DNA of 64,000 bases from Amoebophrya sp. A120. Lineage: Eukaryota; Protista; Dinoflagellata. Below are positions 1 to 12,000 of this stretch, in pieces; position 1 is the stretch's first letter; the number at the start of each line of letters is the position of its first letter. The notes under the pieces were generated by a model. That model worked only from the letters and a program-made list of their open reading frames with translations, was not told where the DNA came from and ran no database searches. Position numbers and translations under genes: made by a program. Location: assembly GCA_905178155.1 (NCBI GenBank), contig CAJINV010000004.1:528969-592968 (forward strand), written 5' to 3'.

Positions 1-3000
1 GTCACTGCGTTATCCCAGGGAACCTGGAGCTTCCTGATTGCGGGGAACATGACAGGATTGCCCTTCGACCAGATCGAAAATGACGAATTCAAAGTGCAGT
101 CGGTGGGGAACACCACCGCGGCAGAGACGATTGTTTCTATCATGTGGCGGTTCGGGGTCCGGTGTGATAGTGCTATGCAAGTCAAATTCGACCAGGCCTG
201 GAACCCGGTGGGGTTGACGGCGAACGAGACGGCCTCTTACACGAAAAGGCTGAACGCGACGGTGTTCAATGCGGGGATTCAGGGCGTGCAAGTGGGGAAG
301 ATCACGGCCGTCGCCGTCCCGCCCACAACAAGCACGACCACCACGACCACTATCACGCTTGGGGAGGTCGTTCGGGCGTTTGACTTGGATTTCACGGTGG
401 ATTCGAACATCATCAGCGACAAAAACGACTTGCTGACCAACCAGGTCTTGCTCGATGCGCTGGCGAAGGGGTCCGCGGACTTCTTGAACAGCAACAACCT
501 GGTGAACACCAGTGGCCTCGCGGAAATCCGGAACCAAACTTTGACCCTCCGCGCAGGCGCGAGTCAGAGTGGGGACTACCTCGAAACGGTGTCGCAGTTC
601 ACCCTAGCGGGGGACAGCGCCACTCTCGGGTCGATGCCGGGCGCTTGGCCAGCGGGGACGCTGACGACCGCGTTGACCGAAGCGCTGCAACAAGCGATCA
701 ACGCGACCGTGATTGCGGCGAACATTGCTGGCGTGAAGGTGGGGAAAATCGCGCCGCTACCGGCGCCGACCACGACCACCACGACGACGACGACAAGCAC
801 CAGCACCACTACAACGACCACGACCACCACGACAGAAGCGTTAGCCCTCCGCGAGTTCGAGCTGAAGTTAACGGTTGACGACAGCTTGGATATCGACGAA
901 ACCTTGAAGAACACCACGTTAGTTACTGCGGTCGCGAAAGGGTCGCTGGCATTCTTGGTGAACGCGGGGATGACGGAATTGAATTTCACCCAGATCGAGA
1001 ACCAAACGCTGACTTTGAAAACCGCGAATCCATTCTTGCTCCTAGAAAACGGCCACAGGGTTTCGAAGAAGGCCGTCTACGATGTTGTCTCGAAGTTCGG
1101 TGTGCGGGGTGACAGCCCAACGCTGACCGCCTTGGACATTGCGTGGGACCCGCAGGGGCTGAACAGTACAGAGTTGACGGATCTTTCCGACCGGATCAAA
1201 ACCGCGGTTCTTAACGCCGGGGTCTCCGGGGTGCAAGTCGGGGACATCACGCCCCTGCCTGCGCCGACGACCACCACGACCACAACCACGACAACCACCA
1301 GTACGACCACGACGACAACCACGATCGGAATCGCTTACCGCGAGTTCGATCTGGACTTCACGGTCGACTCGAACGTGATTGCGGACAAGAACACGCTCTT
1401 AACCGACCCGCAATTATTAGACGCGATTTCCGAGGGTAGTTTGGAGTTTATGAAGGCCAACGGGTTGGTGGTCACGACGGCGAACAACGGGTACAGTGCG
1501 CAGATCGAAAACCAAACTCTGAGCCTGAATCCGAGTTCCAGCAATACTATCGCTGGCTATCTGGAAACGGTGTCCAAGTTCGGCCTTCGTGGTGGGAACG
1601 ATTCGATTGCGAGTATGCCGACCGCCTGGCCGGAGCAGACGTTATCGGATGCGCAATTGGAGGAGTTGTCGAAAAAGATCAACGAGTCCATGATCGCCGC
1701 CAACATTGCCGGGGTGCAACTCGGCAAGATCGCGCCAAAACCCGCACCGACGACGACAACAACGACGACGACCACCACGTCGACCACCACGACGACCACG
1801 ACCACTTTCGGCATCGCGGAGAGGATTTTCGATCTCGATTTCACGATCGACTCCGCGCAAATCCCCGACAAGACCGCGCTGTTGACAAACCAAAACCTGA
1901 TTTACGCGGTAGCGGAGGGTGCTTTGAACTTCATGAAGGCGAACGGCTTCGTCAACACGACAGGGACGGCAACTCTGGAGCACCAGGCCTTAGAGGAAAG
2001 AGCAAACAGCACGACCGGGAATGAGTTTTTGGAGACGCAGGCGAGCTTCCGCATCAAGGGCGACAACTACACGATCGACTCCATGCCTACGGCCTGGAAC
2101 CCGGTGAACTTGACCGATGCTGTATCAAATGCAAATGTGTCTGGGTCTGCGAGATAAATGCGAGACTTGTCATGCTAGTCTGGCATGACTCTGAGCTCTG
2201 TATTGCGTGGCCGCAAACAGCTCCTCTGGCCTGGCATGCAAAAACGCAGTTCCTCATGCGGAATACGCAACTCAGAACTACGGAAATAAAACTTGTCATG
2301 CTGGGCAGCGCATTACAGTGCGCTTACTGTTTCCTTCCACGCGTCACAAGTTCTTTCCAGACCCAGGCATATTTGCGATGCATATGCGGAATCTGAGTCG
2401 TTGACCAACGCGGTGAACGCGTCTGTGATCAACGTCAATATTCCGGGCGTCAAAGTCGGGAAAATCCAGTCCCAGCCCGCGCCATATCCACAGGAAATTT
2501 CCCGTACACGTACAAATGCGGTCTCTGCATGACAAAACTTGGCTTCGATCCTCATTTAGCATGACAAGTTTTACGCTCCAAAGTGGTGAAATTTGTGATG
2601 CATTTTGTACATGCACGGGAAATTTGTATTGCATACGCCAACGACCACGACGACAAGCACCACGACAACGACCACCACAACCACCGTGACCGAAACCACG
2701 ACGTCAACCACAACGACGACGCTCGCGGTCTACTACCGCCAGTTTGATCTGACTCTGCAGATTGATACGGCGGTCACAGGTGTCACGGTGGATACGACGC
2801 TGCAAAATCAACAGTTAATCGATGCGGTTGCGAAGGGAAGTCTCGACTTCTTGGTCGGCTCCGGAATGTCCGGCTTGACCAGTTCTCAGGTTGAGAACCA
2901 AACGCTCACGCAGAAGAACAACACGGGGAACAGCTACACGGTGTTATCGAAGTTCGGCGTCCGGGCGGATTCGAGCACTCTCGCGGCCCTCGATGTCGCG

Positions 3001-6000
3001 TGGGACGCGAACGGGCTGGACCAGACAGATATCGACACTTTAGAGGATAAGATCAACGCCACGGTGCTTGCTGCGAACATCGCCGGCGTGAAGGTCGGAC
3101 CGGTCGCGTCTTTGCCGGCGCCAACGACGACCACGACGACGACGACCACCACGACGACGACCACGACGACCACTTTCGGCACTGTGCTCCGGGAATTCGA
3201 TCTGACGTTCACGGTTGACAGCAGTCTGATTGCAACCAAGAACGATTTCTTAACCGATCAGAATCTGTTGGATGCTGTTATGAAAGGCTCGCTCAAGTTC
3301 ATGACGGACAATGGATTCGTGAATTCCACCGGCGAGGCGACCGTGGTGGACCAAAAGCTCGAGCTTGCCGCCAGCAACAACGCCACAAGCCAATACCTGG
3401 AAACCGTGTCCAAATTCGGCATCAAGGGTCCCCAACCGACGTTGGACAGCATGCCGTCCGCCTGGCCGGCGCAAACGCTGACCGACGCGCAGACCGACGC
3501 TCTGGCGACGGCAATCAATGAAACCGTGATCGCGTCGGGGATCAGTGGCGTGAAAGTGGGCAAGATCGCGCCGAAACCAGCGCCGACGACGACCACAACA
3601 ACCACGACCTCCACGACGACAACCACTCTGGGTCTCGCGTACCGGGAATTTGATCTGGATTTCACGGTGAATTCGACCATTATCAGCAACAAAACTTCTC
3701 TGCTGACCAACCAGCCGCTGTTAGATGCCATCCTTGCTGGGTCGCTTTCCTTCATGAAGGGCAATGGATTTGTGAACACGTCTGGTCTCGCCACCGTGTC
3801 GCACGAAACCATCACGCTGCACCCGGACAACAACGCCACGGGCGACTACTTGAAGACGATTTCGAAGTTCGAAATTCGCGGGGACAACGACACGATGACG
3901 AGCCTCCCTTCTGCCTGGCCGGCGGCGACGTTGACGGATGCGCAGGTGGACGAGTTGCAGATGGCGATCAACACGAGCATGTTGTCCGCCAACATCCCCG
4001 GCGTGAAATTGGGGGAAATCGCACCGAAACCCGCACCGACGACGAGTACCACGACGAGCACAACGACCACCACGACGACAACCACCACGACCACGACGAC
4101 GACAACCACCACGACGCTGGGAATCGCTTTCCGGCAGTTCGATTTGGACCTGACCATCGACGAAAGCATCAACCAAACGGCTCTGTGCTTAGATCAAGAC
4201 CTTTTGGACGCGGTCGCGCAGGGTTCGGTGGATTTCCTTATTCAGGCGGGAATGTATCAAATGTAAAAATGTCTGGGTCTGGAAACTTGTGATGCTGGGT
4301 GGCGTCTCATCATGAGGCCACAAATGCTGGCTCAGCATGACAAGTTTCTGAGCTTCTAGGTGTTGCCTATTCTGCATGACAAACTGCGTTCCTGCATCAC
4401 AGAAAAACTGAGCTCTTGGGTAACGTGCATGACAGATTTAAGAGTCATGCCAGACAAGCATGACAAACATGCATTCTTCCAGACCCAGACATTTTTACAT
4501 TTGATAGAATGAGTAGTCTTTCCATGAACGAGATCGAGGATCAAACGCTGACCATCAAAAACTACACGGCGATGCTGTTGCAGCTAGCCGGTCAAGCGGG
4601 TAGTAGTATAACTGGTAGTCAACAAGCGGCCTTCGAGGCAACTTCCTCTCTGGTGGAAACGCAAGAAACCTCTGTCCGGATTGTCCAAGAGTTCAACGCG
4701 AGGACCGGTATCCACAGTAAATTTCCCGTACACGTACATATGCGGTCTCTGCATGACAAAACTTGGCTTCGATCCTAGTTTAGCATGACAAGTTTGACGC
4801 TCCAAATTCGTAGAATTTGTGATGCATCTTGTACATGTACAGGAAATTTGTATTGCATAACCGGGAAATACTCGCAACGAACCCGGCGCATCCGCAAACG
4901 CGCTTACCTCCAGGTCACCTCCAAATTCGGCGTCCGGGCGGATAACCAGACGTTGGAAGATTTGAAGGCCGCGTGGAACGAGCAGGGGCTGAGTCAGTCC
5001 GATCTGGACATTTTGACGGAAAAGCTGAACACCACCATCAAAAATTCCGGCGTTTCCGGGGTCAAGGTCGGGAAGATCCAATCTCTACCCGCACCAACTA
5101 CGACCACCACGACGACGACCACGACCACGACGCTCCCCATGTCGGAGAGGCTGTTTGACGTAGGTTTTACCGTGGACACTTCGATCATCGCGGATAAGCT
5201 GGATCTGCTAACAAATCAAGCTTTACTCGATGCGGTTGCGAAGGGGTCGGTAGATTTCCTGAAGGCAAACGGCCTGGTGAATGTCACTGGCACCGCGGTT
5301 TTGGAATCGCAAACGCTGACAGAAAAAGCAGGTGGGTCCACGGACGCTGATTACCTCGAAACCGTTTCCAAATACGTTCTTCGCGGAGACACCACCGTGC
5401 AGAACAGCATGTTGACCGCGTGGCCGGCAGGTAATTTGACTGACACGCAGACGCAAGCGCTTGCGAAGGCGGTTAACGAGAGTGTCGTCGATGCGAATAT
5501 TGCAGGCGTGCAAGTCGGGAAGATTTCGCCTCTACCCGCCCCGACAACGACCACAACGACAACTACAACGTCGACGACCACAACCACCACGACGTTGCCG
5601 ACACTGCAATTCGGCGGGTCGATTTCGTGTTCTGACCCGGATCCGAATGTGTGCGCATCGAACCCCGACCTAGTGAACGCGATGGCAAGTGGTACGGCGA
5701 CCTACCTCGCGCAGTCCATTCCGGGCACCACCGCGAGCGACCTGCAGAACTTCAACCTGGCGGTGTCCAATCCCTTCCTGTTTTTGGCAAGGGCCAGGAT
5801 GATTCTCAGCTCGATGAGAAATTCCGTGTCCGTGGTCGCCTCCTTCCAGATCGCAGTCCCCGCTTCCTCCCAGGGCGCGGTGAGCTCCGCCTTCCCGGCC
5901 GCGGGGTTGCCGGCATCCGCGTTGGCGTCGCTGTCTTCCGCGGTGTCGAGCGCGGTTGCAGCCGCAGCGATCCCCGGGATCGGCGTGCAGTCATTGGTTT

Positions 6001-9000
6001 CCATGCCACAGCCGGGCGCAGCGACGACGACGTCTACCACGACGACGACCTTGCCCCTCGCGTTGCGGCAGTTCGATCTCGATTTCACCGTGGACACGAA
6101 CATTTATCCAGATACGAGTGTGTTACTTACCGACGCAGATTTGCTGTACGCGGTCGAGCAGGGTAGTTTGGACTTCATGAAGAACAACGGGCTGGTGAAC
6201 ATCACCGGCACAGCGGCTATGGAGAACGTGACTTTGGAATTAGGTCAAAATTCCTCCACCAACACGTCCTATCTCGAGACCGTCGCGTCCTTCGGCATGC
6301 GGGGGGACAACGAGACGCAGAACAGCATGGTGTCGGCCTGGCCCGCGGGGACTTTGTCGACCGCGCAGGTGGACGCACTGGCAAAGGCGATTAACGCGAC
6401 TTTAGTGTCGTTGAACATCCCAGGTGTGGAATTGGGACAAATTGCGCCCTTACCGGCGCCGACGACCACGACGACAACCACAACCAGCACTACGACAACC
6501 ACCACGACCACGCTGCCGCTCGGCTTGCGGCAGTTCGACATTGATTTGACGATCGACGATAGTGTCATAATCGCTGCCGACGCCGTGGTGAACGACACGC
6601 TGCTCGACGCTGTTGCGCAGGGGTCGGTGGACTACTTGGTGGATGCTGGGTTGTCCGATTTGAACATTAGTTACATCGAAAACCAAACACTGACGATAAA
6701 GTCCGAGAATGCGACCACAAACGTCGTGAAAGTCACAAGCGCCTTCGGCATCCGCGGTCCGAGCTCGATGCAAATGGCGCTAGATTCCGCTTGGGACCCG
6801 AGCGGCTTGGACGACGCGCAGTTGGAATCCTTGGCAACTGCCGTGAACAAAACCGTGATTGATTCGGGTATGGAGGGCGTGAAGGTTGGTGCGATTGTTT
6901 CTCTACCAGCACCGACAACGACCACTACCACGACCACCACCACGACGACAACCACGCTAGGTCTGGAGCTCCGCGAGTTCGATCTCGATTTCACAGTCGA
7001 CAGCAGCATATACCCAAACACAACGGATTCGCTCACCGATCAGGACTTGCTCGACGCGATCATGGAGGGGAGTTTGACCTTCATGGAAGACAACGGGTTT
7101 GTCAACACGAGTGGGCTGGCGCAAGTCGAGAACCAAACGCTTACCTTGAAACCCGGAGCGAACACCACAGGCGACTACTTGGAGACGGTGTCCAAGTTCG
7201 GCATCCGCGGCGATGTCGACACGATCGACTCTATGCCGACGGCCTGGCCCGCGCAGACGTTGACGGTATGAAGGCTCACAACTCTCCTTCCCCCGCATTT
7301 GTCATGCAAAATACCTAATCCACACCTTTGCCTTTAAGCGTGGCCAATGGTTTGACATCTCCGGTCCGCGGCACTTGCCTTTTTCGTCCGTGCCGCAGGT
7401 AAGGCACAAATGGTCCAGCCTCGCCTGTCCGGGTGGGGTTGCGGCTTAAGGGAGAGTCTCGCCCCTTAGCCCAAAGGGGTGCGTCGTCTCTTCCGTGAGA
7501 GCAAAAACTTAAGGCGTAAAATGGGTCGGGTCCTGGATCGTTCTGTATGTTGGGCTGTCGCGCTCGGCTAGCTGGCCGGGCTGTACTGATCAGGTGTGGT
7601 GGGTAGCTCCCGACTGGTTGGCACTTTTATTGGGGCGACTTGCCGTGGTAGCGCTCGGCTTTTGTATGTTGAGGTCGCCGAAAGTGCTTCCTCGCCCACC
7701 CCCCGGGGAGGGGATCCTTGACCTGTGGCGCTGGGTGCGGGTGTCCACTACATGATGATGATGAAGCACTCTGCGCATGACAAGTTTTGAACCCCCAAAT
7801 AGGACTACATTCCAATTACGGATTTGTCATGCAAAAGCTACATTTGTGGCATTGCTTCTGTTGCTGCTCATGCTATACAAATGAGGGGAAGTAGGGGGAG
7901 CTGTGCACTCTCATAGACGGATGCGCAGTTGGATTCCCTGGCGAAGGCGATCAACGACAGCATGATCGCGAGGGCTATCGACGGGGTGGAGCTCGGGAAG
8001 ATCGCGCCGAAACCAGCGCCAACGACGACCACCACAACGACGACCACCACAACGACGACCACAACGACCACGACGACCACCACGACAACCACGTTTGAAA
8101 CCGTGTTGCGGGAATTCGATCTCGATTTCACGGTGGATTCAGCGGTGATTCCCGATAAGAACACGCTGCTGACTGACGATGAGTTGTTAAATGCGGTCAT
8201 GGAGGGTTCTTTAAAGTTCATGAAGGACAACGGCCTGGTCAACGATACTGGGGAGGCCACTGTGGAGAACCAGACCCTCTCTCTCGCGCCAAACGCAAAC
8301 GCGAGTGGTGATTACCTCGAGACGGTTTCTCGGTTCGGCATCAAGGGACCAAATGAAACCAGCACTTCCATGCCGACCGCGTGGCCGCCAGCGACCTTGA
8401 CGGATGCGCAGCTTGAGGATTTGTCGAAAGCCATCAATGAGTCCATGATAGCAGCGAACGTCGCCGGGGTGAAAATCGGAAAAATCGCCCCTAAACCCGC
8501 TCCAACGACCACCACGACTACCACCACCACGACAACGACCACCACGACCACGACAACCACCTTCGAGACGGTTTTGCGGGAATTTGATCTCGATTTCACG
8601 GTCGACACCGCGGTGGTTTCCGATAAGAACACTTTGCTCACAGACCAGGCGCTCCTCGACGCGGTGATGGCGGGGTCTTTGGACTTCATGGAAGACAATG
8701 GATTCGTGAACACCACGGGAGAGGCGACAGTAGAGAACCACACACTTTCGCTCGCCCCGAACGCGAATGCGAGTGGTGACTACCTCGAAACCGTTTCTCG
8801 GTTCGGCATCAAGGGTCCGAACGACACAATCAGCTCCATGCCCTCTGCCTGGCCCGCGCAAACGTTGACGGACGCGCAGTTGGATTCTTTGGGAAAAAAG
8901 ATCAACGAGTCGATGATCAATGCGAACATTGCTGGGGTGAAAGTCGGAAAAATCGCGCCCAAGCCAGCGCCAACCACGACGACAACGACGACCACTACGA

Positions 9001-12000
9001 CCACCACCACCACTTTCGAGACGAAGTTCCGTGCGTTCAACCTCGATTTCACGGTGGACCCGGCCGTGGTCGCCGACAAAATGGACTTGCTGAGTGACCA
9101 AAATCTGATCGACGCGATCATAGACGGGTCGCTCGACTTCTTGAACGCCAATGGAAACTTCGACAATTCGACCGGGGAAGCGACGGTTGAAAACGTCACC
9201 TTCAAGCAGGACCCGAACGCGACCAGCACTGGAGACTACTTGGAAACGGTGGTGAAGTTCGGAATCAAGGGTCCAGAAACAACCATTGACTCCATGGCAG
9301 CCGCCTGGGACCCGGCAAATTTGACGCAAGCCGAGCTGGACAGCCTGTCGGACGCGATTAACCAAACGGTGGAAGCCGCGAATATCGTCGGCGTTGAAGT
9401 CGGGAAAATCGTGCCGCAACAGGCGCCGACGACGACCACGAGCACGTATGAAATGCAAAAGTATCGTACTAGGATGAATTGCATTACAAATTTTCTCAGC
9501 ATGAGAGCTGGAATTTGTCATGCTGTTTTACCTTAAGGACAAGATTTGTCATGCATAATTGCAATTAGTACGAGTGCGATACTTTTGCACAGGATAGCAC
9601 CACGACCACGACGACCACGACCCTTGGAAGGAGGCTCCGTGAGTACGATTTGGATTTGACGATTGACGACACCGTCATCTCTGACAAGTACACGCTCGCG
9701 ACCAACACAGCGCTGTTGAACGCGTTGAAGAACGGGTCCGCGACGTTCTTGCTGAATAACGGGTTGGACAACTCGACGGGTACTTTCAGAATTTACAACC
9801 AGACGCTTTCTATTGTCACGGCGACGAACGTATCAACTGCAAATATGTCTGGGTCTGGAAGAGTGTTTCTTGTCATGCTACATCTGCATCGTGGAATAAA
9901 TTTGTGTTGCATGATTACCAAAAGAGGTCCACTTTTCAACAAGTTTAGAGGCAGTTTCTCATGCAGGAGAGGCATGGTAGAGATCTCACAGAGCCTGTCA
10001 TGCTAGGCAGTGCATACCAGACCGTGTGGGTCATGGAAAACCTGCATGGCAAACGCGCATTCTTCCAGACCCAGACATTTTTGCATTTGATAGAACGCCA
10101 ACGCCACGTCCGAATATGTGGAGACGGTGGCCGCCTTCGGCATCAAAGGCGACAATGTCACGATTTCCACGGTGGATTCCGCTTGGGACCCCGCCAGTCT
10201 ACACGGCGAGGAGGCGAACGAGTTGTTAGACGCTCTGAACGCGAGTGTCATCGCCGCAAACATCCCGGGCGTGCAGGTGGGGCAGATCGCACCAAAGCCG
10301 GCGCCGACGACCACCACCACGAGCACGACCACGACAACGGAAGCGCCGACAACCACAACGACGACAAGTACGACCACCACGACCATATGGAAGTGTCAGG
10401 ATGGAAATCGTCAAAGTTGAAATAGTTTGTGATGCATAAAATGGATGCCAATTGAAGCCCAGTTTCCAACTGGCGCATGACAAATTTTTGTAGAGCCTCA
10501 GTCCAGTTTGTCACTCTGTTTGGGTAAGGGCGGCGCCTTTTGTCATGCTACTTTAGCAGCTCTATTTCTACACCTCGACAGGCCTACAATCTGCCTCCCT
10601 TGCGTCTTCTGGAATAGAGACAGTTTTTGCGTTGCATTTTATGCATGACAAATCATTTCAACTTGGTCGATTTCAATCCTGACACATCCATAGACCACCA
10701 GCTCTACGTACGGAGCGCAGCTGCGGCAGTACGACATCGATTTCACGATTGACGACGCCGTGATCGCGGATAAAAACACGCTACCGACCAACGAACCACT
10801 GCTCAACGCGTTGAAGGCGGCAGCTAAAAAGTTCCTGAATGCGAACGGCCTGGATAATTCCACCGGGACGATCAAGATCGAGAACCAAACCCTGACGATC
10901 TCCGCTCCGTCTTCCGGCACGGCCGCGAACATCGTGGAGACTGTCGCCGTATGCATTGCAAATATGTCTGGGTCTGAGGGTGCTAACTTGTGATGCTGTC
11001 TTTGGATTCCAAAAAAGTCTGTATTGCATGACTAAGTAGCAAGAAGAGTCCAGCTCGTGCAGCTACGCGTGGAGGGCATTTCTCATGCGGTAGAAGCATC
11101 ACAAAGTCCTCTAAAAATCTGTGATGCTAGGGCATGCATCACAGACGTCATGGCTCATGCAACAGGTAGCCTGACCCCAAATGGCAATGATCATTGGGAG
11201 CAGCAGAGCGCAGCAGGACCCCGGGACTGCAACAGCTCGCCCCTGTTTTAACTTAGAATCACGCAGTGCTCCGAGTATGCCACTACCTCGACCCCTCAAG
11301 AAAAGAAGTAGCCCCCCCAACTACAACACCGCCGTCCGCGATCAGGATACGACTTGTACTAACCAACATTGTACCAACCGAGATCCCGCGGGGCACAGGG
11401 TCTGGGCGGCTCGAAGCAGAACGTGCAGCACAAGCGGGAGACAACACATCCAAAGGTGGGGATGGTCTCAGGTCGTTCAGGTCCGCCAAGGGTTGCGTCG
11501 CGCTATCAGGGTTTCGCCAACTCCGCGGGGGCGTTGCGGGTAACTCCCTAAAACACCAAAACCGGCAGAAATTAGGGCCGGCAGTCCGGGTAATTGCTCA
11601 CCAGTCGTTTTGTATGACGAACCAAGAGGTGCAACGCGAACAGATAGGCATGAATTTAGCATCTCCGGCTGGTAGAGCAATCGGCTACCGAGGTACGTCA
11701 GGGGGCGTAGCTACATCAATCAATCAATGCAAAATATGCATGACAAGCCTGCCAATCTTCCAGATCCAGAGACTTTTGCATTTGATACGCTGCGTTTAAA
11801 GTCACGGGCAACGATTCGGCCATGGCGACGGTTCTGTCTGCCTGGCCGGCGGCGGGATTGACGGGTAGCAAGGCGAATGAGTTTTTGTCGGCACTCAATT
11901 CTTCCGTGATCTCCCGGGGTGTTGCGGGCGTGAAGGTTGGTCAGATCACGATCCAACCCGCCCCGACCACCACGACAACGACTACCACGACGACCACCAC

